This document shows positions 1 through 15,200 of a DNA stretch of 64,000 nt, piece after piece; position 1 is the stretch's first letter; each line of letters starts with the position of its first letter. Source of the DNA: Phoronis australis (taxonomy: Eukaryota > Animalia > Phoronida). The stretch spans positions 604,535 to 668,534 of the forward strand of contig NMRA01000028.1 in assembly GCA_002633005.1 (NCBI GenBank), read 5' to 3'. Below the pieces are notes generated by a model, which was given only the letters and a program-made list of their open reading frames with translations, searched no databases and was not told the DNA's origin. Position numbers and translations under genes: made by a program.

Positions 1-3000
1 ATTGTGAGTACTTTTGGCAATGCTACTGGTAATTAATTTCAAAATNGCAAGAGTGTTTCTCTTATACAAAAAGAATTCAAAAACTGATGTCAGTAATTGC
101 AGACCAGTTTCAAGTTGAAGTGTGATGTCTAAGGTTTTGACAGAGTAGTATTTAACCAATTGTGTGTATATCTAGTCAATTCCAACCTGTTATGTGCATT
201 TCAATTAGGGGTTTGACAATCATGTTCCACTGACACGTGTATTGTCCAGCCTACTGATTACATAGCGTTTAAAATTGACAGTGAAAATCTTGTGGGAATA
301 GTTTTGTATACTTAGAAAAAGCTTTTGATTCTGTCAATCACAACATAATCATTGGAAAATTGGATGCAATTGGTCTGAATAACCTCGCTTCACGTCAGTA
401 TTCGACAGAAACAGCTCGTTGATCTTCATGGAGAAAAATGCTGTTTTGAGATGATAAGTTGTGAAGTATTACAAGGACCCATCCTTGATTGGGCCACTTG
501 TCAATGATCTGGAATTGGTCATTACATGTAAACTAGTGTAAACTGATCTGTAACTCTTTCTGATCTCTAGTAAGACACATAGTGATATGAAAATGTTTCA
601 TTGGCAGATGAACTCAAAGCTGAATTTCAACCTGTTTGGCTAAAAGAACAAATAATAGGCCTTTAACTCGCACAAAATCAGTCTCATAATAGTATTCCTT
701 TCCATGATGAGACTTCCGTTCCATCTCAAATCACAAGCAGTCCGTTTGTGCACCTCCGTTTGTACACCTCCGTTCGTGTACCTGTCTCAAATTTGCAGTT
801 TGGTTGGATTGCCACAGTACACTGGGAAGGGTTTCTTGAATCCACGGATGGTTTCTATGTTCTTGTTGCTAACAGAAATGGAATTGTGATTGCATCAAGG
901 AATGTTATGAGACTGATTTCATGAGATTAATATGCCCAATTGGATTTTCGTTGTTTAGCCACCTGAGTGTGATGAATTGCAGCTTTGAGTGAAATTTGAT
1001 TTTGTCCCTGTGTTTGGGTAAAACTAAGTTGATTTTGTTTGATTAATGGCAAAGTCACCTAATCCTAATCGTGGTTTAAACATTTCCTGTCTTGGTACTA
1101 TGATTCACAGTACCATAGGAGAGACTATGAAAATTAAGATATTCCAAAAAGTTTATTGTGATGTAAATTTCTATATGGTAGTACTGTATTCCTTAATTTT
1201 TCACTCAGTGTCATTACAATAGTTACTACTGGTATTACGCCGCCTATCTAAAACATGCTAAATCTAAACTTCACATTTCACATACCGGTATCAAAAATAT
1301 CAGTTTTGTTCTGAACCTGCGGAATAGCTTTTTAAATGTTAAGTTTTAAAAATCTTACTTATGTTGATTAAGTGCTGAGTTAAATGAAGCCTCCAATAAC
1401 AAATCTGATAATTTCTGGTTCTTTATAAACTTTGATGGTCATAACACTTAAATTTCACTCCACCGCATGGTAGTTGTAGAAATACCTTTGCTAAACTGTT
1501 ACGTACTATAATATAACTTATTCAACTCATTAAACAAAATTTTTAATAATATGATGTTAGATGACAAATTTATTAATATATTAATTTTTTTCAATACTTT
1601 ATGTAGGTTACTAATTTTCATTTACACTTTTGTTAATTTATTTAATGTATTTGTTCTTATTTTTGTGCTTCATGTAAGGCCATAATGTAAACAAGCCAGT
1701 GAGCCTTACTGTGTCACCACTAATGTACTTACATAAAGTATGTATTTTAGTGTACATTGCATAAATTTACTTGAGATTTGCTAGACATCTATTTGTCTAA
1801 TTGTCTAACACCTTATGCTTATCATAGGTGGTCCAACTAAAATGCCTTTCGCATGAATGGTGTTTCATGTCTGTCAACTTGCCATGAACTCGACCAGCCT
1901 TGCATACCAGAATTAGAGATTTTGTTCTCACGGTGTTCAAGTTTTGTACATAGAACGTTACCTATTTTGACAACAGAATGTTTACTATGCTTTTGTGGGA
2001 AAGACATCAGTTTACCACTGTGGGATATCTTGCTAACTGAAATTATGTTGCATCCACAACCTGTAGTCCGCAAACTCTATTGATACAGACCAGTGAACTG
2101 ATGTTCATGGTCCACTGTTGTTGTTGGGTCTAGTATGAGAAATGCTTGGCTATACTCGAAGGTTAGCTTGCTTCTTGTCAGTCTGGCAACATCAGGCTAA
2201 TGTTCATGAAATACTACCATGTATTAGCACATGATTTCACTTAGTTTTCATTCATGTGTGTCATGCATTGTGTAACAGCCGCAGGTCTTGGCTTTGACTG
2301 GGTGATACCGTAGTTGTGATCACCCACCATCACTGGATTCATTTGACAGGACTGAGTACTAACCGTGCGTGATACTTGTGGAGGAAGCTGGTGTGATCGC
2401 TTGCTTCATATTTAATTCATGTTGATATCTCATGTAGTCTTGCATGATTTTGTGTTTTTGCAATAATTCTCGCATCTACTGAGCACATGCAGGCCCGGTG
2501 ACCATATCATCCCTGTTGAACCATTATGTAGCAGCCCACACTGAATGTTGCCTCACACAGTGGGATCTATCAGGCTTTGAGTGTTTAGCCCCCTGTAAAA
2601 TTTCTATTATGCAGTTACACTAATTTATATGGAGTACAATTCATTTGCTTTCATCGCAAGTATTCCATTCAACTCATTGTATTCAGAAGTTGAATCTGAA
2701 TGTTTTTAGTTTATTTGTCTTGTCCTACTATTGTTGACTCTATACAACCTACCCTTTAGTCTTGTGTTATTGCTTTCAATTAGTGATATTTATCAAGTAT
2801 ATAATAACTACAAAATAACATAATCAATTAATTAACACATAGAAGTAAGTATGAAGTAAACAGTTGAATTGAAAACAGTCTGAATGAACCAGCTACTGAC
2901 CAACTGGCAATAATGATTACTCACCTGATTAATAAAAACTTCAAACAAATTCGTTTAATCTATCTAGGCAATCTATTGAGCGGTCTCTTTTTGTATTGTT

Positions 3001-3242
3001 TTGATATTATTACCGTAGGTCGACATAATCTGATAAGTTACACAGATAAAACTGGGGCCAAGGTTTTATCCCAGCATTGTGGTGAGTTTGGACTGAACCT
3101 GTTTCATCTTCCTGCTCATGCACATTATATAGTGCTGTTGTGGAGAGGCTGTTATGTTTGAGCTGCTTTTTCCACTGTTTGATAATCCCCTCCACTGTCA
3201 CTTGACGTGTGTACACTGGCTTATATTACAAAAGCCAGCACA

Positions 3243-6200
3243 ATGTGTTTCAAGCGTCTCTATCTACCTGTTGTGTTTTCACAGCTCCGACGACCCTCCA
3301 GTGCAGCAGACCTTGAACCAGAGAGCGCTAGCACTAAGTTCTATATTGAGGACATGCCATGCTGCTCAGAGACCACACCGGCAATGAGTAGCCACAGGAA
3401 GTCATTGTCGTCGCCAAAGAAGGGTCGACCCAAGTCAGCAGACTGCCTTCTGAATGACAGCAATCTTGATGACAGTGAACTGACCCGGATACCCAGTGAT
3501 AGCTCACTCAGTTATGGACAGCTGTCGCCCACCTCCAGTAATTCGGGTTTTGGTTTCTTCCGGTCGTTTTTCTATCGGACATTTTCATTTCGCGATAGGC
3601 GACGTAAGCCAACAGTAAATGATAGTGATAGTACTTTGAGCAGTGTTAGTCTACCAACCAGTGTTGAAGATTTATCAGTGTCAGATAAGGCAGACATCAG
3701 TTTGAAGACATCGGCTGAAAGTGGCGCTCTTGTTCACAAGAAACGTCCCAGCCGTAGGAAGTCCAACGATGTGTCGCCGAGGGAGCTGGAAAAAATTGCT
3801 GCTGAAGTGAGGCGGTTACACGAACAGCAACAGACAGAGACAAGCAGCAGTGGATCATTAGATCAACAGGATGCTATGTGGGAGGATAGTGACAAGGTAA
3901 ACGGATTAACTCCGGTTTAATGTCCAGGAATATACAGATGTATTGTTAGAAGGGCAATTCAGTGAAAAGGTCAGTCTCGAGACAAAAAATTAAAATTAAC
4001 ATTTCTGGTCTCATCTGAAGCCCCATTCTCTCTAGTTTCAGGATTCACATTTGATTGTCCTATAACTTTCAGTTTTTTTACCTAAATGGACCCATTTATG
4101 GGGTCACTTGACCCTAAAAAATTTGCTCTAACTATTTTCATGTGTGTTGCCAATTATTGTCATAATTATGGGCTAATTATGGGTATTTCACAATACTATC
4201 AAATTTGTTCAATCACATGAACCCCAAACTTTCTAAAAATAAGTAACATTCCAACTTTAGGACATCATTGACCACATGGTCAAACGTCAACTCCAGGAAT
4301 TCATGGTGCTTAACGTCCATCACAAAAAGTGTTAAAAAGTTTAGTTTCGTTAAGTTTTCAATCAAGACTAAAATAATTTCCGATTCTCTTTTAGATCCCA
4401 GGTATTATTCGTTTAGTCAGAAATTGCATGACAGACATACAGCAAATTTGTACATCCGTCACGTACATCCGATACGCCATTAAAAATAACCTTAGGTCAT
4501 ATTTTAGCTTTCTAGCCTTGCAGAAGATAAAATGTATCTCACACCTAAGATCCTTAAAACGATAAAATATTACAAAGGCAGCTTTAAAATTATGAGTAGA
4601 AGTTGCTACAGATTTAAACTAATTGCATTGGACTTTTTCAATTTCAAAAGTATTTGCAGAAAAGTTATAGTTTACAATGTCATCTAGTTATTTTTAGAAG
4701 AATTCAACTTATTAAAATCAGACAGTTGGACCACATTATAAAATGTAAATAAAACAAAATGTTAATTTTATGAACTTATTGTTTTTCTGTTGGTACCCCA
4801 TGTTTGTGAAGAAATACTTAGCTTTTGGGAAATTCAAGATGCAAAAATATTCATACTTTCTAGGGTGGTCTAGAGTATAAATAACAAGAGACCCAAAGGA
4901 ATACATGTCAAGTTGCTACTGCGCTGGAATCAACATGTTATTTCTGCTCTGACCTGCTACACTGTGTTTTGTGTTGAAAAAGCCGATACTGGGCATTTTT
5001 AAGCGGTAGGAACCTGTCACCTACTTTATTGAGCATTTTTGTCACACCCTCACAGACTGTAGTCACTCTTTTCGTGTTTTTCAGTGTTTTGGATGGCTAA
5101 TGATTTCAAAGCAAATTACATTGTCTCATCTTACATATTTTTGATCCCTCAATCTTTTTAAGAAATACACAAATTTTTTTCTGCTGATCTTCGAGGATAT
5201 TAAACAAGCATTTAGAAACGATAGAGGAAGTTATTGTAGACCTTTGGAAGAACAGATGCAACTAGGAGAAGAATAAATATCTGCCGGAATATTCTCTGAA
5301 ACTCGATGCTGTCTACTAAACCATGCTCCACACTTTGTTTTAAGAAGATACTGAAGTCATATTACTAATACTTTTAAAACATCACCATTATTACTTAGAT
5401 GGGCATGCATCAGAACCATCAATGTCATATTTCAGAGAATAATCTTGTACAAGCTTAGAGCGAGTTGTAATTTAAAAGCTAATTAATTAAAATGCATTTT
5501 TATGACAGTGATTAGTTCTGTTATAAACTTTTATTTCATATTTTATATTTTGACAGTCACATTTACTTATTAGTTTTGAATTAGTATTCTATTTAACGCA
5601 ATGGTTTTCCTGATAACTAATAGCTGTCAAATACAAAATGATTATTGCCCTCATTCCCATCTATATTGCTTACCATATTCAAGGGGAAGTGAAGATTTTA
5701 GGGGGTTGTTTTATATCTTCAATCAAATGTATTGAAAAGTTAAAATCCTAGAGTATATTCTTAGTTTAGGCCTACCTGTGATGATTTCGTGCAAAGGGTT
5801 AATCGGTACATTTTAATTAAGAAACATTGAACTAGTAGCAAAAGACCAATATAGTGTAAATACTGTAAAAGTTTGAGTCATTCTGAATTGATATCTTACT
5901 CACAATAAACAATTTAAAACTAGAAATTCAGAGCGTATGTCCGTTACATACGTCCGTCACACTAACTCAACTTACATCGAGCTGTTTGCGAAAAAATTCT
6001 TTACAGATATCATCAAAAACAGGTGTGTGTTGTACTTTGCAAACATTCCACTAAATCATCATGTGAAACAAAACATTGTAACTTAATGCAGCTCACAGAA
6101 AATTAACCTTAAAAATTAAAAAATAAAATAAAATTCTCTTTGGACGTCCATCAAACCCCTTTAAAGACAATTTTCTCAGTCGGATTAAAAGATAGGGGAA

Positions 6201-9200
6201 AAGTTGATACATGTTTTGAAAGCTATTAATGATACCTATCAATTGATGTATAAATTATTTTCCTAGGATGGACACTTTTTTCACAATTGATCAAAATGTT
6301 CTCTGATTGTACATCCGTCACAAATGGAATTGCCCAGAATATTTGTAAAGTTTTAGGGCAAAAAAATTATATGCGTTGTAAAGGTATGCATACATTTTCA
6401 TCTCTGTTTGCCCAGATTTAAGACAGGTGTTTTACTTGAAAAGAACCAGTATTAATAAATTACTAAACATTCTAAATTATCTTGGGATGTGCTATTTCTG
6501 AATCTCATTTAATCGGCTACTAAGTAATTTTGTTTCCTGTATGTGAGCACCAAATAGTCCAACCCTGATGTTTTGCAATGCTGTGAAATTAAGCACTTAG
6601 TGAAACTTGGAACATTGGTGCAAATATCAAAATATGTTATTTGCCATTTAAGCTCTCAGTGGATGTATTGTAAATATTCAGTTAGTGGTAATTTGGTGTT
6701 TTTAAAATATCAATGATTGCTATTTGTAGTTAATTTTCAATGAAATGATTTTTCATTGCCTTTGGTGACAACAAGGTGAATTAGCTAACTAGAAATTTGT
6801 TTCATGAAAATATTCAAGGTATCATTTATCAAATTTATAAAACTTAAATATGTAGTAAACATCCGGTTTGGTGAATGGAGCATACATTATTTTTTTCGAA
6901 GTTGGAATCATGCATTTTGAAAAAAATGTCGGATGTTTAATAAGAGGTGTAAGTTTTTGGTGTCCAAACTTGCATAAAAATATAACTAATGTAGTAGTTG
7001 GTTACCTTTGTGACTATCCTATGTTTCAATTTTTAGAGACTGGTATGGTAATCAGCCACAGGCCATATTTGTGGGTGTTGAGTTAGGTCAGTGACCCATC
7101 TTTACAGTAATTTTTCAAATGGGCAATCACTATTAATTCTTGACCTGTTTAGCTCACTATATGGGGGAAAGGGGAATTTTGTGGACAAGTTGTGCTTCAT
7201 TTTAGCTTGAATTGTACTTAATGACTGTCATAAAAATTACTTTGTCAAAATTTTTAATATTTGCCACAGTGTAACCAGCCATTGAAAAATCAGAAAAATG
7301 AGAAGTTTGTCAATTGGTTTTTGCAAAATAACATAAACATAAGAATTATCCTAAAATGTTATTTACTATGTTTATGGGTTAATAACTGTGTTGTTACAAA
7401 TGCGTGTGTTGATATGGTATAAGTAAGAATATTTAGTTTCAATATGTACGCCCTATTTGTAACAGCAGTCTGTGGCTATAGTGTTGACAACTTGTTTATT
7501 GTGGTTATTTTTAAATTGGTCTAATTACAGGTGTGTGAACTAGAAACATGCAGTCGTCTGACTTGGACAGAGTCAGTAGGCAACATTAGTCATGAGGAGA
7601 ACTCACTTAACTATAAGAGGAAAAAGCGGGTGTACAAACAACGTGGAAGAACAGACTTGGGTATGTAGACATTGTCAGGTTTGTGTATTTAGTGCAGTGT
7701 GAGGGCTTTACCAGGCTATAGTGTTGCTAACTGGAACTGACATGTTGGCTGAAATATAAAGGTTACATATTAGTTGAATGATGATTTTAGCTCTTTATAT
7801 CTTTTAAATTCTCTTGTTTGGAGATAGAGGAGGTCCTGAATCACTGTTTGTTGTTTATTGACATGATCCACCCAGTGTTTTCACAACAGCTAGTACATGG
7901 AGTAAGAACATTACAAGTCCTGTACTATCCTGTAATCAAAAGGCATTGAATTCCACTCTCAATTGTGGAAAGAGTTCTTCAGTTTGGGACACTAAATGGC
8001 AGACAACTGAAATTTCATTTTGTCCAATTTCTCAACAAGTTAGTTTTCATGAAAATTTACTTTGCTTTTAGCATGGTTTGTTTGGCTAAGAATTTTGAGC
8101 ATTTGCAACAATTTGGTAAGTTTCGAAAAAATGGAAAAAAGACAATTTCAGCATTTTTTGTCTCAAATTGAACAATTTGTATCTTATAACTAAAGGAGTA
8201 CAATCCACTTTTCAAATTACTCAACAATGGGGATTTGTTCACTAATCCAAAAGTCCTATAGGAAAACTGACTGTGTAAACTGGGCTTATGACATCATTTG
8301 TAAAATAACCATTGACTACTGTTGTCCAGGCTTGGCTAAGTGTGGACACAAGTGGTCATTTACCTTTTAGTATCAATGGGACCAGTGAAATGAAGCGTGA
8401 AATGCTCAGCAGGCTCTCCCCACCTTGTAACCCCATCAGCTATTGGCAACAAATCTGAATAGTTTCTACTAAACTTCATTCACACCAGACTACCAGGTCT
8501 TATGTAAGGAAACTTTTTCCTCATTCTCTGTAACCATCCTCACTGGGGATTAATCCCAAAAGTGTTAAGGTGCCATGCTCAACTGTTTCACCTTGAGGCT
8601 ATTGTACATAATTGACCAGACTGTTGAGCTGTGTTAGCCCACAGTGGATACACTGGAACATGGAGTGGTTAGTGAACCAGTATTAGCCCACAGTGGATAA
8701 GCTCGCTGGAACATGGAGTGGTTAGTGAAAGAGTGTTAGCACACAGTGGATACACTGGAACATGGAGTGGTTAGTGAAACAGTTTTCTGTCTTGTTAGGT
8801 GCCAATCCTCTCGTCAGTCAGGTGCTGAAGAAACATGAGAATAACAACACTGTATTGGATAACGGCAAGAATAGACGGGTGAGTTGGTCTGTCAGTCATT
8901 GTGAGTCAGTATATGTTGCATGGTTATAGTGTTTTATGGTAATGGTCAACCTTTGGGAAAATAGTTCTAGAAAATGCAATATTCGCATTTTTTTTTCACT
9001 GCTACCTAGTCTAGCTAACTTTTTAAATGCATTATCTATGTCTGAGACAAAAAAATCAAAATAATCACCTAGATTGTTAAATTTTTTGGCCTGTCTAGAC
9101 TTCAGATCTTGACGCAACAATTTTTCAACATCAGATTTTTTCATGGTGTGACAAGATTGATACAGTAATGTGCAGACCACTTTTGTTGTGAGTCTTTCAG

Positions 9201-12200
9201 CGACAGAATTTTTGATTTACAGTAATTTCTTTTCAATTTTGCACAAAAAAGTGCTTCCTGAAGCATAATATCCATTTTTCATATATTCATAACATTGAAA
9301 AAATTACCAAAATTTTGTGCAATGAAAACTGTTTTGTACAAATCATGCTGATGATGATGTCAGTTTTCTGAAAGTTTATTTTAATCAAGAAATGTTACAA
9401 AATTGAATTACACATGGTTGCCATCTTGTGTGGTAAATTGAAGAGCATTTTAACAACTTAAGCATTAGCCATGAAAAATGAAAGCGTAGCATATTGCTTT
9501 AAAAAGAAATTTTATCTGTTATTAGAGAGTAAAACACACAAGAGGCACAGTTTCTCTAGTATAGACCTTAAAAAGATATGAATAAACACTTTCAAAAAAT
9601 GTGCAATCATTAGAAATGATTTTTTGGTCTGCATTCAGATTTTCCTCTCTGAGCATTCATAAAATAGCACGCTGGATACTTTTCCAGTCCTGTTGACTTG
9701 GAAAAACTAATGAAACTAATAACAGATTGGAAGAGAACAGAAAATTCTTTCTTGATTAGTTGTTGTGTGGGAAGTAAACATAGAATGGACCAAAATAGAA
9801 TTCTGTGTCATTTTTTGTCTAATTAGTAATTTGTTTTACATGTGAAACATAATGTTCGTGGTGTAGGATTAAACAGATCAGTGGGATTATTTACGAAGAA
9901 AGAAAACCGTTTCAAAATTGAAAGTTGGCAAAAGTTGTCTGTGTCAAGTGTGGGAAACAGGTTATCACAGGATTGGAAGCATATCAATAGGATAAAGTTA
10001 AGATTTATGAGTTGAATAGATGAAATTTTGTAGGGAAAGAGAGGTTTTTGTTTTATTTCATTTTTTTCAAGAAATTGAATCATGCTAGTGTCAAAGGCAA
10101 GGTTTGCGTTATGAGGCAGACTGAATGTGAATCTATAGCAAGTTCTGCATTCATTTGTCATTAGTGTAATAGCAGTTTATAAACTGGTTTATAACTCCAT
10201 AATGTGTCCAAATTATATCATAATTTGAAATTCACTGCTTTTACTGTTAGTTATTCATGTTATTGTAGTAGTCTTGTTACACTGATGTGCCAGTGATTTA
10301 TGTTTACTGAGTGACTGACTGTTCAACTCCATCATGCACTTAGTCTGCAGTCTACAAACATTCTGTTCTGTATTTTAAACAGCTTTTCAGAACGGTAATT
10401 AAAGGTTTGAGGTTCCTCTGGCTTCTCCTGGTCTTCAGATCTATTTTCCTATAGTCATTAGCTTCATGGGATATAACCTGGGCAAAGAGTGAACTTGTCT
10501 GTTTAAGAAATTTCATTCATTGTGTAAAACACTCGTTTTGTATTCACTTGTAGCTTGTATGGTGTGAGGAAGCTGTGAACAGAACACTGTAGATCAAAGT
10601 AGTGCATTTGTTGTCGGATTTTGTTCAAATGTGGCACGTTCAATTATACTAGGCACTCGCAAGTGACTGGTGGTGAGATTACGCGCTCTGCTTGAAACAA
10701 ATGGCGATATCTGGTGGAGGCGGGATCTCACCAAACTTGCTAGATACTCGCCTTACCGTAATCTCTCCTCACCCATTTGAAGCACGTAATAAATGCTTTT
10801 AAGCTCTATATCATAGCTACCATCAGACATTTCAGACTGAGAGCTTTAGAAAATGCTAGATGCCTGTGAAAATGAAGAAAATCAATTTTGTCCATTATTT
10901 TTTATTGAAATTAGTGAGATTTCACCGTATTGAACGTGCCACTGTTTAGTTTCGTCTTGCGACCATAACCTGCTGCTTCATGACCTACCAAAACTACTGC
11001 TGTTTGTCCTTTATCTTTCTTTATTCAGCCTCACCTCAGTTGTGTTGGAATTAACGACTTTCAAAAGTCAAATTGACCTTCATTTTCTCCTCTGGGGACT
11101 TTGAAGACGGGCAATACTTGTTCCTAAAAATTATGACAATTTGGGTGATAATTGCTTTCAAGCTTTCTAATACATAAGTGCCAGAAGCTTGGCAATGACT
11201 TAATGCTGGCGCCATCTGTGGGTTGCTAATTATTGGCTTCTGCGCAATATTTGACTTTAACCAAGGTTATTATATTGTTTTTTGTTCCCAATCAGGTGGC
11301 ACCTGTTCAAAAACATAATGAGCAAAATTTCAGTAATTGCATTTACCCGGTATACCTTATTTGTGATTATTATTTTGCAGATATCAATAACTGCATTCAT
11401 TCATGATTTAAGATTTTTTAAGGTGAGATGACTCTGACGCTAGTGCTCCTTTAAGTGTCATAAGTCATCCAAGTTAACACTCACACTCAGCTGACTGCTC
11501 AACACCAAAGTTTCAAAAGTTTTCACTAATTCCCATGCTCGACTAACTGTCCACCCAACCCCCCCCCNTTACGTTAATTTTCACTAATTCCTATGCTCAA
11601 ACCCCCCCCCCCAACTTGTACTTCTTAGGCTTCCCTGCTAGGTAGTGCCTGTCGGCGTTTTTGTGACTGTCCTTCGCATAAGAATTTTAGCCCCCAAAAT
11701 GTATGCGAGTCGCTCTCCTTGGAGTAACAATCAGTCAGTTGAGCAGGCAGAACAATACTCATTCTCTCCTGCTCTTTACTGAGGACTGAGGAGACATAAC
11801 AAGGTTTTTTGACTCTTGTGGTCTTACACATTCTAACATCATCATTCTCACTGAGATATTTATTTTATCTCATTGATCGTACCCTTCTACTAAAATTGTG
11901 AAAGTTATTTGCAAGAACAGCACATTGTCAACTCATTAAGTGCACATAATGCTTACATTGAAAACGCTGCGTAGACAGCTTCTAGGTCGGACTATTATTG
12001 TGAGTGGTTATATCATTCTAGACGGTAAGCCCTCCGCTACATTGTGTAAAATCTGCCGTGAAGCTTCTTGATGTAAGTGTAGCTCCCTAGGCCTAAACCA
12101 ACCATTCATGTGAGCTCTCACCCCCATCACTTCAAACATTTAGTTTTTAAGGGCCCATGCTCAGTTTAAGACCCCCCTCCTGACTTTGAATTCCCCACTT

Positions 12201-15200
12201 AAAGCACATCTGGTTGTTATCTGAACTTGAACAAGTACACTAAACAATGATAAACTTGGGCAAAACAACAAATACTTTTGAGTGATATGCATGTACACAC
12301 ACGTCAGCAATATCTCCTGAAATTTCTGATGTTACCATAAAGAGCAGTCAGTGCAATAGTCTTTGCATTTTACTGAACATTGATAATTTGTGCCCATTAA
12401 TCATTATTAAGTCAATTCATTTGTAATATGTTCTTTGTTGATGCTACATTGAATGATTTATTTGTTCATTGTCTATATTTTGCATTGTTAACTTGTTTGT
12501 TCTTCAGATGTCAACACCACATCCTATCAAGAATCGCAAGAAGAATAAACCAACGGCTACATCAACGGCAACAACAACAACAGTAAAGAAAGTGAAGCCA
12601 CTAGTCAAGTCTTGGAGTGTTCCTGAGAACTTGAATCAGTCTGTGTTGTTAAACCAATCTGCTGCCAGTGGTATGTGCAACTTTGTGCCCAAATAACACA
12701 CACCTTTGTAGACAAATTGAATGTACTGAGCTTTATCACGTTGTTGGTGAGAGCCAGGGCCCTCGATCCCATGAAATTGGAGGCTGAATATCGCCACCAT
12801 TCCCCTCTCAAAAGTACTTTAAAATCACACAAAATTCCCCTCATCAGGTCAAAAAATCCNNNNCCCCCCCCCCCCTGAATGATCAAAAATCCCCCTCATG
12901 GTTTAAGCCTCAGACAACCTCAAATATATCGTATTCAAACCCACTGACTTTAAGTCACGAGGCCACCAGACACCAGAAACATCACAAACTGGTTTCCTTA
13001 TACAGCAATGCCACATAAAGGAGTGCAACGACCAGTTTTGCGTTACTTCACTCTCGTGTATTGAAAACACAAAACTTATAGAAGACTTCCATGCGTCTGC
13101 GGCTCAAAATGGCGCACAAACAAGTTCTATAAGAGGATAATTACGAAAAGTCTTGCGGCGGACCATAGAAACAAGCAGGGAGGTGTCTTTTCACAGATGA
13201 ACTTGCTGTGCACTCCTCTCAGCAGCAGTCTCTTGCAGACCACATTTGAACACCTAGCTCATCACGATTATTCTGTGGGGTCAACAACTCTGTTAGCTAA
13301 GAACAGCTAAGCATTGCTCTTCATGTCTATTCGCTGAAGTGGAAGAAGTACTGAATGGCTAAATTTGAGGATGTGTGACACTATACACTGTTGGAAGATG
13401 AAACATTGTTTAGCTAAACCTTTATTGTGGCAGCACTGTTCCATACAAACGTTACTTCACTCTAAGGTGTTGGTAGTGCTGGCATATTTAGTTTTGAAAG
13501 TTTTTTCCCCAATGTTTCCTAATTAGTCCATAGATCTGTGCTTGTGCAAAAATGAACCATTGTCTTGGTGCAACCTTCATAAGCCAAGCTGTGTGATGCT
13601 TGCTTATTTGCGGAAGCATAAAATAGTAATAAGCAGTACAGTAAATAAACATCTCAAAAATTACCCTCTAAGTGAAAAACGACGCAGAAATTCCCCTTTT
13701 AGAAGGTACAGGCACCTTTCCTCAGATGAGTGAGGGCCCTGAGAACTGACATGAACAAATGCTTGTAAGTTAACAGTTGTTTGAAATACTTGCTTCTGTA
13801 ATATGTAGTTTTTACACCAATGTGCTTCAGGCAAAAGTCTATATGGAGGATCTGTGAGGTCTGAACACTCACTTTTTGTCATCAGACATTTTTGTATTCA
13901 TAGAGTAACACGAAGCACTCCCGTGTTTGTCTATTACCAGATTTGACAATTGTATTACTATGAACCTGACATCGAATGACGACCACTTCCAGACAGATCC
14001 GAGTACTAGTGTGCTCCCAGTGTCTATTTTAATTGTTTTACTTTTTGCCTGTGTAGCTTCAGAGTTCCTTGATGATGGCTTTCCTGTGACAGTTGTTGCA
14101 TCTGCGGCTGTATCTCTTAAGAAACTCTTGCGGGATTTTTGTGAACAATGCCTTGATGGATTTTCAAGAGATTTTAACAAATAAGATGCTATTAAGGAGA
14201 TGATGAAGCATTCCCATTTTTATGCACCCACATATTTATATGTGGATGCATTATGCTGTCATCTGCATCCGTCCGTCCAGGCGGCGTCCGTCCGGCGTCT
14301 GCTGCTCTATCTCCAAAACCGATTGACATATGTTCATGAGTTTTTGCACGTGTGTTCCTTTTGTAGATGGGACGGCATGAGTGAACTTACGGACGGATCC
14401 GACTACCGGTGTGCCCCCTAATGGCAATTTTAGTTTTTTACGTTTACCTCTGTATCTTCAAAGGTCCTCATCGTATTTTCATAAAATTTGGTATATAGGC
14501 ATCTATTAGTGAAACGATGGTATCCTCCCGTTTTCGGGTGGATTGGACATAGTTTATACCACCTGGTGGCCATTTTTACTGTTTTCGAGTCTGTTTTTGA
14601 CGTCCACCCCTCTATCAACCAAACCGCTTTTAAGCATGATTGTGAAAATTGGCATGTATGTTCTTACTATGAGGAGGACGGTAAACAATGGTTTTCCGAC
14701 TACTCTGACTACTGTGGCGCCTCCTCGTGGCAGTTTTTTTTGCGCCTATGGCTGTATATCCTAAACTGTTTGCAGCATCTTTACTAAATTTAGTAAGTGC
14801 ATTTATATGATGTTGATAGTGGATGACGACGACTTTCGGACAGATCTGACTACTGGTGTGCCACCTAGTGGCAGTTTTATTTTTTTTATGTTTACCTCTG
14901 TATCTTCTAAGGTCCTCAATGTAATTTCATAAAATTTGTTGTACAGGCGACGCTATATTTCTGTTTTCAGATGGATTCGACCTAGTTTGTGCCACCTAGT
15001 GGCCATTTTTACTGTTTCTGAGTCTGTTTTTTGGCGTCCACCCCTCTATCAACCAAACCGCTTTCAGGATAATTGTGAACATTGGCATGTATGTTTTTAC
15101 TATGAAGTGGACAGCTGAGGATGATTTTCCGATGACTTCGATTACTGTGGCACCTCCTAGTTGCAGTTTCTTTTTTGCACCCATGGCTGTATCTCCTAAA

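Noticed and set aside
1-3200. Short ORFs upstream of the GEF exon
   Set aside because: No recognisable domains or consistent splice structure; probably 5' intron or intergenic DNA.
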